Source: Lama guanicoe
Lineage: Eukaryota
DNA length: 62,000 nt
Direction: 5' to 3'
Assembly (NCBI GenBank): GCA_013239625.1
Contig: MU054338.1
Location: 124,001-186,000, forward strand
Part shown: positions 36,450 through 48,200 of the stretch, in pieces
Layout of the letters: every line of letters begins with the position of its first letter
Position numbering within the stretch: position 1 is the stretch's first letter
The notes under the pieces: model-generated
Database searches by the model: none
What the model was told of the DNA's origin: nothing
The model's input: only the letters and a program-made list of their open reading frames with translations
Translations under genes and position numbers: made by a program

Positions 36450-37850
36450 ACCCAGAGGTGTGTAGGAGCCCGGGCCCGGGGCGCAGCCAGGTCAGAGCTC
36501 AGGAGGGGTCCGGGTGAAGCCCAGGGTCAGGGCTCGATGGGGTCAAAGGTCAGCCTGAGATAGGGCATGGCGCGGGCCAGGGCTCTCGTGCTTCGGCCAG
36601 GACCTGAGGAGTCGGTGCTGCAGGAGTGCTGAGTGGGCAAAGGGCCGATTTCTCCCCGCTTCTCCGGGAGCGGTGGGACCCTCCCCCTTCCCCCTCTCGG
36701 CCGGCCCAGGGCGGCCAGGGCCGGGGTCGCGAGTGGGGAAACTGATGCTCAGGCCGGCCCCCGCCCCGGCCCCGCCACAAGCCGGGACGTCACAAAAGGC
36801 CCCAAAAGCGCGGCAGGCCGGGTGGGGCGGCGCAGCGCAGCCCTGGGCGCAGCCCCACGCACAGGCGTCCGGGGAGCTCTTCCGAGCTGGGGCGGCGGCG
36901 GCCTCCCAGGGGGTCGGCAGCGCCAAGGCGCCCGCGCGCACGGACCCCGGCTCTCGGCCGCGCGCTCGGAGGCCGGGGGAGGGATAGTTTCCCGGCGTGC
37001 CCCGCGGGCTGGGGGCGCGCAGGCGCAGTCGGCGGGGGCGGGGCGCGGCGGCCGAAGCCAGCGCCGGGCGGCGNNNNNNNNNNNNNNNNNNNNNNNNNNN
37101 NNNNNNNNNNNNNNNNNNNNNNNNNNNNNNNNNNNNNNNNNNNNNNNNNNNNNNNNNNNNNNNNNNNNNNNNNNNCGGCCCCGGTCCCAGCCCCGGCCCG
37201 GCCCGCGGCCCCGCGGCCCAGCGCGCCCCCGGCCCCGGGCCCATCCGCCGCCGCCATGGCCCGGCCGCTGGTGCCCAGCTCGCAGAAGGCGCTGCTGCTG
37301 GAGCTCAAGGGGCTGCAGGAGGAGCCGGTGGAGGGCTTCCGGGTGACCCTTGTGGACGAGGGCGACCTGTACAACTGGGAGGTGGCCATCTTCGGGCCCC
37401 CCAACACCTACTACGAGGGCGGCTACTTCAAGGTGAGCGAGGGGCAGGCGGGCGCTGGCGACCCCTCCTCCGGCTCCTCGGGGCCCGTCCCCCGGCTCCC
37501 CGCCCCGCTGTTCCCTGCCCTCGCCCCTCGCGGCGCCCCCTCCTTCTGCACGGCTGGGTCCGTCGGTCACCCCCTCTGCCACCCCGTCATTGTCTGGCCC
37601 CAGGAGCCCCTCCATGGCCGCTTCTGGCCCCCAAAGGAGAGGCCCGGGACCTTCCCAGTTCCTCTCGGTGCGGGGCTCTGGTGCCCCCAGCCCCTGGTGT
37701 CCCCTTCCTTCCGCCCAACCCTGCCCTGCCCCCCACCTTCCCTGCCCGCTGCCCGCAGGAGACAAAGGGGCCTCCCCAGAACAGGCGCGCTGTTCTGGGG
37801 AGTGCCGGCCCTAGGGGAGGGAGCGAGGCCGGCCGGCCGGCCTGCAGACT
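36450..37850. promoter_or_regulatory. CDC34: CDC34 CpG-island promoter (contains N gap 37074-37175)
   Basis: Extreme GC/CpG density, several GC boxes, CRE-like GACGTCA near 36787. Confidence 0.85.
37256..37432 (+). CDS. CDC34: CDC34 (UBE2R1, E2 ubiquitin-conjugating enzyme) exon 1
   Basis: GCCGCCATGG Kozak; MARPLVPSSQKALLLELKGLQEEPVEGFRVTLVDEGDLYNWEVAIFGPPNTYYEGGYFK; donor AAG|GTGAGC. Confidence 0.98.
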
Positions 37851-38814
37851 GGACCCTCCACTCGCTCGGGTTCCAACAAAGGCCTGGATGGGGCCTTGGC
37901 AGCCGGGACCTGCTTGGAAGGCGGCCACCCTCACTGATAGCAGCAGGCCAGGCCCTCTGGGTTGCATCCTGAGCTTTACATAACCTGTTCTCTCCTGCGG
38001 TCACTCCCATCTTCCACCCTGTCCCTGGGATGTGGGAGCCTCGCACAGAACAGACCTCGGCCTGGCCTCAGAATCTTGGGCTCCTCTCTGGCCCAGCTGG
38101 CCTTTCTCAGGTTCTACTGAGCGGGTGGCTGCTTGAGCCCAAACATTTGTGGGCCCTACGTGTTGGCTGGATTCTGAGCAGTTCCCACTTTTGTCGGGAG
38201 CGGGGAAATGAGTGCCTTCCCCGGGACTGGTCACATTTCTGTCTGGCGTGACGAGGACTCAAGCCAAAACTTGGGCAGCTTCCTTGACCCCCCTGATCTG
38301 AGTCTAGACGTGGCCTGGGAAGAACCCCTCCCAGACGGAAGACTGCTTTTCCAGCCTGAGAGACAAGGCAGGGGGTCTCCCTGCAAGAGAGGTGGGGCCT
38401 GAGCCCTGGGCTGGGACACCCCGTCACCGCCTGCCAGGAGCCCAACTGGCCTGCCAGGTTCTGCCTGCCTGCAGGCCTGGGGGAGGGGCGAGCTGGTGCT
38501 GGGGCAGATGTCTGTGTTTGCACATTTGGCTGACGTTTTAGCCACGCCTGCTCAGTGGCCCTGAGGAGCAGCCTGGTCTGCTGTGGGCCATGCCTGAGTT
38601 GAGGTTCCCTCACAGCTTTGGTGGGATGGGGGGGATGAGTGTGGACAGCCCTGGGCTGAGTTTTGTGTCTAGAGTCCACCTTCCCCATACAGGGGAACAA
38701 TTTGGGGCCGATCACCAAATGGTTTAATCAGCCCCCTCCTGCAGCCTCTTCTGTTTGCTTCTGAGAGCAGTTGGCTGTGAGGATAAGAGCTCTGCTCACA
38801 GCTGGGAAAGCGGA

Positions 38815-38902
38815 GTCCCATCCTGAGGCGTCCCATCCTGAGGCGTCCCATCCTGAGGCGAGGCCGGGACTCTGAGCGAGGCTGGGACTCTGAGCGAGGC
38901 TG
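38815..38902. repeat. Adjacent short tandem repeats (15 bp x3, then 18 bp x~2.3) in CDC34 intron 1
   Basis: (GTCCCATCCTGAGGC)3 followed by GAGGC(C/T)GGGACTCTGAGC repeats. Confidence 0.85.
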
Positions 38903-40186
38903 GAAGGGAGGAGGGACGTGGGTTTCTGCCTGTTGCCGGCTGTTTGCAAGGGATTGTGGGTAGGGCCCTCCAGAACGGCTGTAGCGGGGTGGTCCTGTGT
39001 TTCTGGAGAAGGATGGGCTGGGAAGGGGGCTCTGCACATCTGATCACACCTGCTGTAGGGTGTGTCCCCAAAGAGCCCACACAGGACCCAAGGTGATCCT
39101 GCCATCTCCGATCCTCCTATCCCGACTTGGCTGGGTGAGGAGGGCTGGAGGGCCCAGCGTCACTCCCCAGCCAATTCCTACAGCCCTTCCTCCCAGCCGG
39201 CTGGCCCCTCCTTCTCCCTGTGAGCAGACAGCCCCAGGCACACTGAGGGGTGCCACAGAGACCTTGTCAGGAGCCCCTCCAGTGCTGTGTGCCCTCAGGC
39301 AAAGTGCTCTCCTTCTCTGAGCCTCAGTTTGCATAGTGGAAAAGGCATCTCTGGAACTTCGTGGGTGCTTGGGGCGGGGCGGAGGGGCCTGTCCCCCTTG
39401 CTCCGCTGAGGAGGCCTCAGGTGGTCTTAGGCCGTCACTTAGAAACCCAGCACTGGGCTGGGGGACCACAGGGCAGGGTCTGAGGCCCAGGTTCCAGGCT
39501 GGCTCTGGGCCTCAACGTGTTCAGTCCAGGACAAAGGAACTCCCCCCAGTGCTCTCAGCGTCCCCACCCAGGAGAGCAGTTCTCCAAAGACGGCCTGACG
39601 GGTCTGCAGCAGAGGTGCCCTGCACGGTCCACGGCACTGCCAGGGTCCCAGGACTGGGCTTAAACAGGCGGAGGACAGGGCACAGCTCTCACCCGGCTAC
39701 CCCGTGACCTCCCTGTCTGCCTTCCTGACCCCTCAGAACTGACACCTGCGGGCAGAGAGCCCGTCAGCCCAGCGCTGACTCATCCCCGCCCACAGCGCCT
39801 GCCCAGGGAGGTGTCAGGAGTGGTTGCCCAGTGAACACGGGTCTATTTTAATCCTTCCCACAGGCTGGAAACTGAGGCCGGGAGTCCAGCACAGTGCTTG
39901 GGCACCCAGCTCCCAGCACTGAGGCCCGGGCCCCTCTGCTGGCCTTTACCATGAGTATGCTCTTCTCCTCGGGGCCCAGGCTCCAATCCCTCCCACAGGC
40001 CAGGGCCGGGCAGGTGCCCATGCCCGCCAGCAGCAGACGGGGACCAGGGCCAGCTCAGATGCGCCTGGCCCAGGCCTGTGAGGGGTGTGGGCAGCAGGCA
40101 GGGTCCCAGGCTGATGTCCTGCTGGCGTGTTTGTGGGCAGCCTGAGCTGGGGGCCCCTCACCCCCACCCTCTACCCTCCCTGCCAG

Positions 40187-40273
40187 GCGCGCCTCAAGTT
40201 CCCCATCGACTACCCCTACTCCCCGCCGGCCTTTCGGTTCCTGACCAAGATGTGGCACCCCAACATCTACGAG
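40187..40273 (+). CDS. CDC34: CDC34 exon 2
   Basis: CCAG|GCG acceptor; ARLKFPIDYPYSPPAFRFLTKMWHPNIYE; donor GAG|GTGAGC; 87 nt. Confidence 0.98.
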
Positions 40274-40431
40274 GTGAGCCTGACCCTCCCGGCCCCTGTG
40301 TTGTGGAGGGGTCGCGGACAGGAGCCCCTCAGACGCCGAGCCCTCCTATGCCGCACAGACTGGGGTCTCCTGCGTTTGGGGGGGTCGCGAACAGGAGTCC
40401 TGCGGACGCTGACCATTCCTGTGCCGCACAG

Positions 40432-40529
40432 ACTGGGGACGTGTGCATCTCCATCCTCCACCCGCCAGTTGATGACCCCCAAAGCGGAGAGCTGCCCTCA
40501 GAGCGGTGGAACCCCACACAGAACGTCAG
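40432..40529 (+). CDS. CDC34: CDC34 exon 3, catalytic Cys93 and acidic loop
   Basis: CACAG|ACT acceptor; TGDVCISILHPPVDDPQSGELPSERWNPTQNV; TGC at 40444-40446 is codon 93; donor AG|GTGAGG. Confidence 0.98.
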
Positions 40530-41152
40530 GTGAGGCCAGTTGGGGTCCTGGCTCCCTCTCGCCGGGCTCCCTGGGGCCTGCCCAGCCCTGGGTACACTGA
40601 CACAGGGAGACCCCGGTGTCATCCTCGGGGCCATGGCTCCCTACAGGGTGGCGTCTATGGGAACCAGCTCCCTTCTGGAGTCCTACCAGCCTTTCTGCCC
40701 ATTTCCCAACACTCCCTGCTCCACCCCTCTTCAGGAATGGCCTCTGGGCATCCTGTGTCCACATCTGCCTGTCCCTGGGGTCTCCCCTCCCTGTGGAACA
40801 CAGCCCCCTCCGTCCTCAGGGCCAGACTGCTCACCCTGAGTGGCTTGGGTGCCCTGCATTCTGGCCCGTATGTCCCTGGTCCAGCCCCAGCCATAGCAGA
40901 AGTGGGTAGCAGGGGACCCACTCTCTGGGCAAGATGCTGAGGGGATGGGTCAGGCCTGCTCCGGTGGAAGGGGGAGGTCCTGGCCTCCGCTGCCCACCTG
41001 CTTCCCATCCCAGAGCCAGGCACACGGCAAAGGGTAAGAGGCGGTGGGGAGGGGGCGGGACAGGTCCAGGGTGTGGGGCTCCCGGGCAGGCAGTACTCCA
41101 GGCAGGCTGGGCTGGGCCATGAATGCCCCCCACAACTGGCTCATGCCCCCAG

Positions 41153-41287
41153 GACCATCCTCCTGAGCGTCATCTCCCTCCTCAATGAACCCAACACCTT
41201 CTCTCCGGCCAACGTGGATGCCTCTGTGATGTACAGGAAGTGGAAGGAAAGCAAAGGCAAGGACCGGGAGTACACGGACATCATCCG
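41153..41287 (+). CDS. CDC34: CDC34 exon 4
   Basis: CCCCCAG|G acceptor; [44 protein letters not shown]; donor CG|GTGAGC. Confidence 0.98.
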
Positions 41288-42427
41288 GTGAGCGGGGCCC
41301 GGCTGGTGGGGCAGGGGGCCGGGCTCCGGCCTCAGTCCCCGTCCTGGTCCCTTCTCTGAGTTCTGGAAAATCCAGTACTTTTTTCTCTTGGACTCATTGT
41401 GACACCACAGTCATGCGAGTGTGTTGTCCGCTGTCTGCTGTCCTGCACAGCGGTGCCGTGCACGTGGGTGTCGTGGCGCGTGTGTGTGCACCTCCCACTG
41501 GGGCATCGTAGCGCAGTGTCCACCAGGTTTCAGCAGGTTTTGCCACAATTCCTTTGCTTTGCGAGTGAAAGGGTGGCAGTCCCACTGACCTCCCTCTGCG
41601 CCCCGGTGGCCCTGTCCTGTGTGCGAGTGCTGGAGGCGGGGGTGAGCACGTGCGAGGTCTGTTTGGGGTGTGCGTGTTCCACACGCTTCTGAGACACTGC
41701 TGCGCGTGCTCTCTCCCCCTCAGCGTGAGCAGCTCTTCCACTGGTGGTTGTGGGACTCGGAGTTGTTCTCCAAAGGCAGCAAATCCATCTGGCACTAGCA
41801 TATGTAGGAGATCCCTTCTTTTATGGAAAATAAGTTCTTTTTGGTTACAAAAGCTTCAGAATTTGTCAGGTTGAAGCTCCATCTCAGCGTCATTGTCTCT
41901 GTTCTCTCACGAATGAGCAGGTGCCAGTCCCCACAGCAGGGTCTGTACAAAATCTTCTTGGGAGCGTGGGCCCCGCGGGGACTGGGGTCCCCAGTGATGT
42001 CCCCAGGAGCCTGCTCTCCCCTCCCCGTTGTGTTTGTTGTGTCCTGTGAGCTGCTCTGTCACCATTGTCCTTTGTCACTTGTCCTCGTGTGGTTTGTGAC
42101 TCATTTCACGGCTGTTAACCCTTCACTAGGTCTCTTCCAAATAGCTTTTGAGTTTATCGTTTACTTCTTAGTAAAGCAAGTGAGTTAGACCTGCAGGCCC
42201 AGTGTTTCCCCAAGAAGAAAGGGCACACATCCTCACTCGGCATCCAAGGCCCCCAGCCCCGGCTCCTTCTGCCGCCTGGCTTCCTGTGCAGCCCCCCCGC
42301 TGGGCTGGAGGCTCTGGTGTCAGCCAGGGGTCCCTCGGGGCTGGGACGCGGGCTACGGGCTGTCTGCTTTCCGCTGTGACCCCATGCCGTCCCCATGGCA
42401 AGCAGACCCAGCCCCGTGTCTCCCCAG

Positions 42428-42644
42428 GAAGCAGGTCCTGGGGACCAGGGTGGACGCGGAGCGGGACGGTGTGAAGGTGCCCACCACGTTGGCCGAGTAC
42501 TGCGTGCAGACCAAGGCCCCAGCGCTGGACGAGGGCCCGGAGCTGCTGTACGACGACTACTACGAGGACGGCGAGGCCGAGGCCGGCAGCTGCTTTGGGG
42601 ATGACGGGGACGCCGGGGATGCCTCGGGCCCCGAGGAGTCCTGA
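42428..42644 (+). CDS. CDC34: CDC34 exon 5 (last), acidic tail
   Basis: TCCCCAG|G acceptor; KQVLGTRVDAERDGVKVPTTLAEYCV...LYDDYYEDG...GPEES*. Total 714 nt = 237 aa + stop. Confidence 0.96.
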
Positions 42645-42658
42645 CACCGCGCCCCGCC

Positions 42659-43478
42659 AATAAACGTACACGTTTCACCTCAGCTGCCCGCCTGTGTGGC
42701 TCTGGGTGCCTCCAGGGTGCGCGGGCTCCCCCGGCCTGCCCACCGTCCACCCTGGTCCACTCGGCTCCGGAGGGAGGGCCCCAATGTGCTAGGCGCCGCT
42801 CGGGTCCTGGGAGCGGTGGAGCCCATCCTGCCCACGGCTCCCGCTGCTGGAGCCAGAGACCTGGGGTCTCGGCTCGTGAGTGGATGGGTTAACTTGGGGT
42901 CAATTCTCTCCTTTGGTTTGTTTGGAATCTAAATAAAGTGACTTTATGAGACGTCTAAGGACCCTTCTCTCCTTGGCCCCGAGGACCGTGGGGCCAGGCG
43001 GGGGCAAAAGCCCAGGTGGCCGTGTGCGTGTGACCTGGCTCGGGCAGGCGGCAGCTGCCCCTGCGAGCCTGCAGGGGCGGCGGGAGTCCTGAAAGCTCCG
43101 AGGGACAGGGGCCCATGCCCCCCAGCAGGAGGCCTGTCTGGGCTCGGTGATCTGGGGAGGGGGCCACAGAGATCCAGGGTCTGGGTAGGAGGGAACCGGT
43201 TTATTAAACGAAGCCCCAGCAGCCTGGGGGTGTGGCCATTAGAGGTCCTGCCCAGCCCCCAGCCCTCAGGCCTCCACACAGCTGCCTGGAGGTGCATCAC
43301 ACCAGGGGTGGGAGGCAGGTGTCACCCACAGCGTGAGCTGCTCCCAGGGCTGCGTTTCCTGTTATCCCAGAGCTGGCCAGCGGCCCCAGGGGTATCTGCA
43401 CGGGGAGACCCTGGGGTCCTCAGCTCCTAGGCCACAGCCAGATCTGGTCACTGCCCGTCCTGTAAATAAAGCTTTATT
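42659..43478 (+). terminator. CDC34: Cluster of candidate CDC34 polyadenylation signals
   Basis: AATAAA at 42659-42664, 42932-42937 and 43465-43470; ATTAAA at 43203-43208. Confidence 0.6.
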
Positions 43479-44685
43479 GAAACAGCCACACCCACTTCTT
43501 AACCTACCACAGGTGGGTTTTTGAGCCGCAGCTTCAGGGCCGAGTGAGTGTGGTGCAGAGTGTTTGACCCAAAGAGCCAGAAACACTTAGTGTCTGGCTG
43601 TTCACAGAAGCTTGCCAACCTCTGTCCCAGCCCGCCTGCCTCTACCCTCAGGCCCATCGGTCTGGCCCGTCTGCTCTCCCTCAGAGCTGGTTCCTACACT
43701 TCTGCTGCTGTGTAACAAAGCACCCCAGACCCATCCACGCTGGGCCACCCCTGTGCACCATAAATCGAGTGCAACTTGTGCGGGTTGGAGGTCCATGGAC
43801 ACGGGGACTCAGCGCAGCTCAACCATCTAGGTGACCAGATCCTTGAGGCCTAGAGGTGTCTGGAGGCATGGGGTGAGGTGTACTGAGCACCCACAGGCAC
43901 CTCCCCACGTCTCATGGGCTTCCTTGCGGCCCCAGGGCCGGGATGAGGGCCCAGGAGCCAGGCCGATCCCCCTCAGCCTCAGGGTCACACGGCGCCACTA
44001 CCACTGCGGGTCAGAACAGGAACGAGCCCCCAGACCCAAGGGGACAGGGGCTGAGGTTGGTGGCCAGCTTGTAAAACTCCACTCTGGTCCCCTGTCCCCT
44101 TCAGACTGTCCCCACACTTCACCGCAGTACCTGAATGATACCCAAGGCCTCAGGGAGCCTGGACTCCAGGCCAGTTAGGTTGCCCAGTTAGATGCAGGCT
44201 GCAGGTGAACAGCAGGTGGCCCACCTGAAATCAGATACAAGCAGGCTCCCCTCACCCCACAATGGTGGAACCTACTTCCTGGGGTTCTTTGGAGGATTAA
44301 ACAGTGGGACACGTGGACACAATAAATACTAATTTCTCTTCAACTCACCGCTTGCCTCCCTGGTGAAGACAGTGCCGTCAAAGGGGAGGGGGTGGTAACT
44401 GGGCTCCAGGGCCCTGGTACCCAGTGAGCTCATCCGCTATGGGACCCACGTTTCAGCAAAGGACTTCTTGCCAGTTTTTCAGGTGCGACCATGGTAATGG
44501 GGTTTTGTCTTCGGAGAGACCATGTCTTTCAGAAACACTTTCTGAAACACTTAGGGGTGAGTAGAACCAGTCAGGAGCAGTGTGTGCACTGTGAGGGCAA
44601 AGCTGTGAATGTCACCTCCCCCACAGGAAGGGGAGGTGTGGGCGACGGGGCCCGGGCCCGGCACCAGGGCTGCATTCCCAGCGAC

Positions 44686-44740
44686 ATGGAGGCCCGCCTG
44701 TCCCAGCTGCTGCTGCTGGTCCTGGGAGCTCTGTGGGCAG
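44686..44740 (+). CDS. GZMM: GZMM (granzyme M) exon 1, signal peptide
   Basis: GACATGG start; MEARLSQLLLLVLGALWA; donor CAG|GTGAGT, phase 1. Confidence 0.9.
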
Positions 44741-45224
44741 GTGAGTGTGGGGGGGAACACTGAGGCCCAGGATCCGGGCAGGGGAAGGCAGGGCACTGGG
44801 TGTCAGAATAGAGTAAGGAAACAACCCACTGTACCCAGATGGGGACCCATGGAAGAGACGTCCCCACTCCACAGAGCTGCTGTGAGTTTCTTTAAGTGAA
44901 GACCAAGGGCGAGGGTTATGGCCCTGGGGTAGAGATGAGGCCACATCAGGACAGATATGTTAAAGTCTCTGCTTTCTGACTTAATTCTGACCCAACAGAG
45001 AAGCCGTGAGAACTGTGCAGATGACTCCTACCTTCTCTTTCCTGAATCCCTCAGGTGTGAGCATTTCCCGCAGTTGCGTTGTCACTGCCAGGTGTGGGTG
45101 TAAAATACAAACATGTGTAGTTGTTACTATTTTTCTGAACCACTTAATGGTGAGTTGTGGATGCACTTCCTTTCACCTCTCAATGCTTCAGGGTGTGTTT
45201 TCTGCAAACAAGGACATTCTTTTA

Positions 45225-45370
45225 TGGATAGATGATGGATGGATGGATGTTGGATGGATGATGATGGATAATGGTTGGATGATGGATGGATGGATGGATG
45301 TTGGATGGGTGATGGATAGATGGATGTTTGGATGATGGATGTTTGGATGATGGATGGATGGATGATGGAT
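45225..45370. repeat. (TGGA)n-type simple repeat; a complementary (TCCA)n tract lies at ~45760-45860
   Basis: Direct reading. Confidence 0.9.
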
Positions 45371-46384
45371 CACCCTTGGGATTCTGAGGACATTGTGTGC
45401 TCCTCACTCCTCACCCTCAAGCTGTATTCACAGAACATGGGGCAGATGTAGGCTGTTTGCCCCCTAGCAGCACCTAGGAGGCAGGGTGTGTTACATACAT
45501 TTATATGTAACCCGAAGATTCAGAGTGGGAAACCACAGTTCAGAGAATGAGGCAGCCCACCCAGGATAGCCCGGCTGGGAGGGATGGAGCTGGAATTTGA
45601 GCCCCAGCTGACTGCCTCCCCAAACGGTATATGCTTGGCCAGAACTGGCACCTGGGAGCATGAGATGGAAGGACAGGGATGGTGGGCATCTCACTATTTT
45701 GGCCTGGATGGATGACAATTGTTCTGGGATAAATTAGGGACCCAGCAGGATGGGATCCAACCATTCATCCATCATCCTTTCTCCCTCCCTCTTTCCTTCC
45801 TGCTTTCCATCCATCCATCATCTTTCTATCCATCCATCCACCCGTCCATCCATCATCCGTCTGTCCGTGCATGTTTGCTGAGCACATACTGTCTCAGGCC
45901 TGTTGTAAACAAGACAGGCGCAGGGCCTGCCCTCACATCACTCACAGATTAGTGGCGATAGACAGGAAATGAGCAAGTCTGTGGGACATCAGTGTGTGAC
46001 AAGTGCTCAGCAGAGAACAGAGCAGAGTAGGGGGAGCGGGGTTATACCAGGAGGCAGTCTCTGAGACTTTCGAGCTGATACCCAGTGAGAAAGCCAGACT
46101 TGGGAATGAATGCCTGGGAGAAAGGCTCTTTCCGCTGCCAGAACAGTACATGTAAGTGCCCTGAGGGGTCACAAGGGCGGTGCCCTGGAGGAGTAGCAGG
46201 GGCCTCAGTGCTGGAGGGGAGCGAGGGAGAGTGTGACAGAGGCGGGGTCAGCTGATGTGTGTCTTATGGGTCGTGGGGAGTTTGGACATTTAAAGCATGA
46301 TGGAGAATCATAGGAAGAATTTTAGCTGATTAACACTAAAGCATTTTTTTCAATCCTTTTAAACTCATGATTGGTTTTAGAACA

Positions 46385-47000
46385 ATTTTAATAGCTTTAT
46401 TGAGATATCATTCACATAGTATACAATTTACTCATTTAAAAAGAGGACAATTCAGAGAATTTTAGTACATTCAGAGCTGTGTGACCATCACCAGTCTAGT
46501 TCCAGAACATTGCATCACCCCAAGAAGAAACCCCATTCCCGTGAGCAGTCACACCCCCTCCTCCCCCAGCCCCTGACAGCCAGGAGCCCCCCCCCTGTGT
46601 CTGGGGACTGGCCTGTTCTGGACGTCTCACATCCATGGACTCACACACTGTGTGTCCTTCTGTGTCTGCTTCTCTCACTGAGCGTCGTGCTCTCAGGGTC
46701 CGTCCACGTGGTGGCAAGTGTCAGGGCTTCTCTCCTGGTCACGGCTGAGTGATGTCCTTGTGTGTGGAGGGACACATGGTGTTCATCCATTTATCTGTCG
46801 ATGGACACTTGGGCTGTCCCATTTCTGGCTGCTGTGAGTCCTGCTGCTGTGAACCCATGTGTGCACATCTCGTTTCTGTTGGAGCAAATCCCTGGATGGG
46901 GCGGCGCTTTAACCTTTGAGGAGCTGCTGGACTGTCTGCCCAGTGGCTACCTCTCTCACATTCCCACCTGGCAGGTGTGAGGGTCCAGCTTCTCCACTTT
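46385..47000 (-). mobile_element. L1 3-prime-end fragment (L1MB-like), copy A of four
   Basis: AGCTTTATTGAGATATCATTCACATA...CAGAACATTGCATCACCCCAAGAAGAAACCCC...CTTCTCTCACTGAGC. Confidence 0.75.
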
Positions 47001-47297
47001 GAAAAGCTCTCTGGCTGTTAAGTAGGGGCCCGGGGGCTCAGGGAGGCTGAAAGGTCTGGAAGCAAGGGATGCGGTGCAAATGCAGGATGGCCACTTGCTG
47101 GTGACCGGGATGTGGAGTGAGGGATGGGAGGGGTCCAGGACAGAACTGCCTATCAACCTGAACACCCCAGGTAGCAGAAGGGACTGTGTTAGGGTGATCC
47201 ATCTGTTACGGGTCCAGGACCCCAGAGCTGGAGTCACAGGGTTGTGGCTGAGGTGAGGTACCCAGCCCTAACATGACTTTTCATGTCCCCTCCTCAG

Positions 47298-47457
47298 GAG
47301 GCAACACATTCGAGACCCACATCATTGGGGGTCGAGAGGCTGCCCCCAACTCCCACCCATACATGGTCTTCCTGCAGAAAGCCGGCACCCACAGGTGTGG
47401 GGGGGTCCTTGTGCACCAGAAGTGGGTGTTGACCGCTGCCCACTGCCTGACCAACCG
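47298..47457 (+). CDS. GZMM: GZMM exon 2: propeptide, IIGG N-terminus, catalytic His
   Basis: CCTCAG|GA acceptor (NAGNAG alternative 3 nt downstream); [21 protein letters not shown]...[17 protein letters not shown]; donor CG|GTGAGT. Confidence 0.95.
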
Positions 47458-47859
47458 GTGAGTCACCCTGCCCTGCCCCACCCCCATCACTCTGTCTCCA
47501 AATCTATCCTGTGGTCCCTGTTCTCACCAAGAGGTGGGGTCCTGAGAGATTTAAGACCCCTGTAGCATTGCAGGAGGTCCCGTTCACCGCTCCAGTGATC
47601 CTGAGGTGTGCATATTGACATCGACCTCAGGCCTGTGTCTGTGACGTTAGGCTGAGAGGATTCCAGGGGACCGTTTATTTGCTACCACAAAGCACCTTCC
47701 AACTGGGCAGAGTTGAGCCTCTTGTGACACCCAGGAATATGTCTCCCACTTGTGGCCACGGGGATAGAGCTGGCCTATGAGTGTGGCAGAGCCAACACAG
47801 AGAGGAACCTGGGTCCCTGGTGCCATTCTGAAGCCACCAAATAAGCCCATCCTGGAGCT

Positions 47860-48200
47860 GCCCTACCTCTGGCTTGGCCAGTAATAAAGACCACAGATCA
47901 AACTGGGTGAAGTAACCAAAGGCAACCCGTTGGTTCATGTAACTGGAAATGCTAAAATGACACGGCAGTCAGGCACAGCTTGATCCAGGTGCTCACTGAG
48001 GTGCTCAGAAGCCTGGGCCTGTCTCTCAACTCTGCTGTCTTGCCCCTTGGCCACATTATCAAGAAGGCGCTCCCCTGTGGTGGCAAGGATGAGCCCCCTT
48101 AAGTCCTGTAAAAAGAGCTTGTTTCTCTACAGTTTGGGCAAACGGATAAGGATAGATACTGACAGACCCAGCCTAGGTCTTGTGCCAGCTGGCTGATGTT
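47860..48200. mobile_element. Old MaLR LTR remnant (MLT1J/K-like); similar at ~35310-35620
   Basis: CAGATCAAACTGG...GGTTCATGTAACTGGAAA...TCAGGCACAGCTTGATCCAGGTGCTCA resembles the recalled consensus. Confidence 0.5.

Noticed and set aside
36543..37983. Multiple 200-340 aa ORFs in the CDC34 CpG island
   Set aside because: They span an N gap and reflect stop-codon scarcity in extreme GC sequence.
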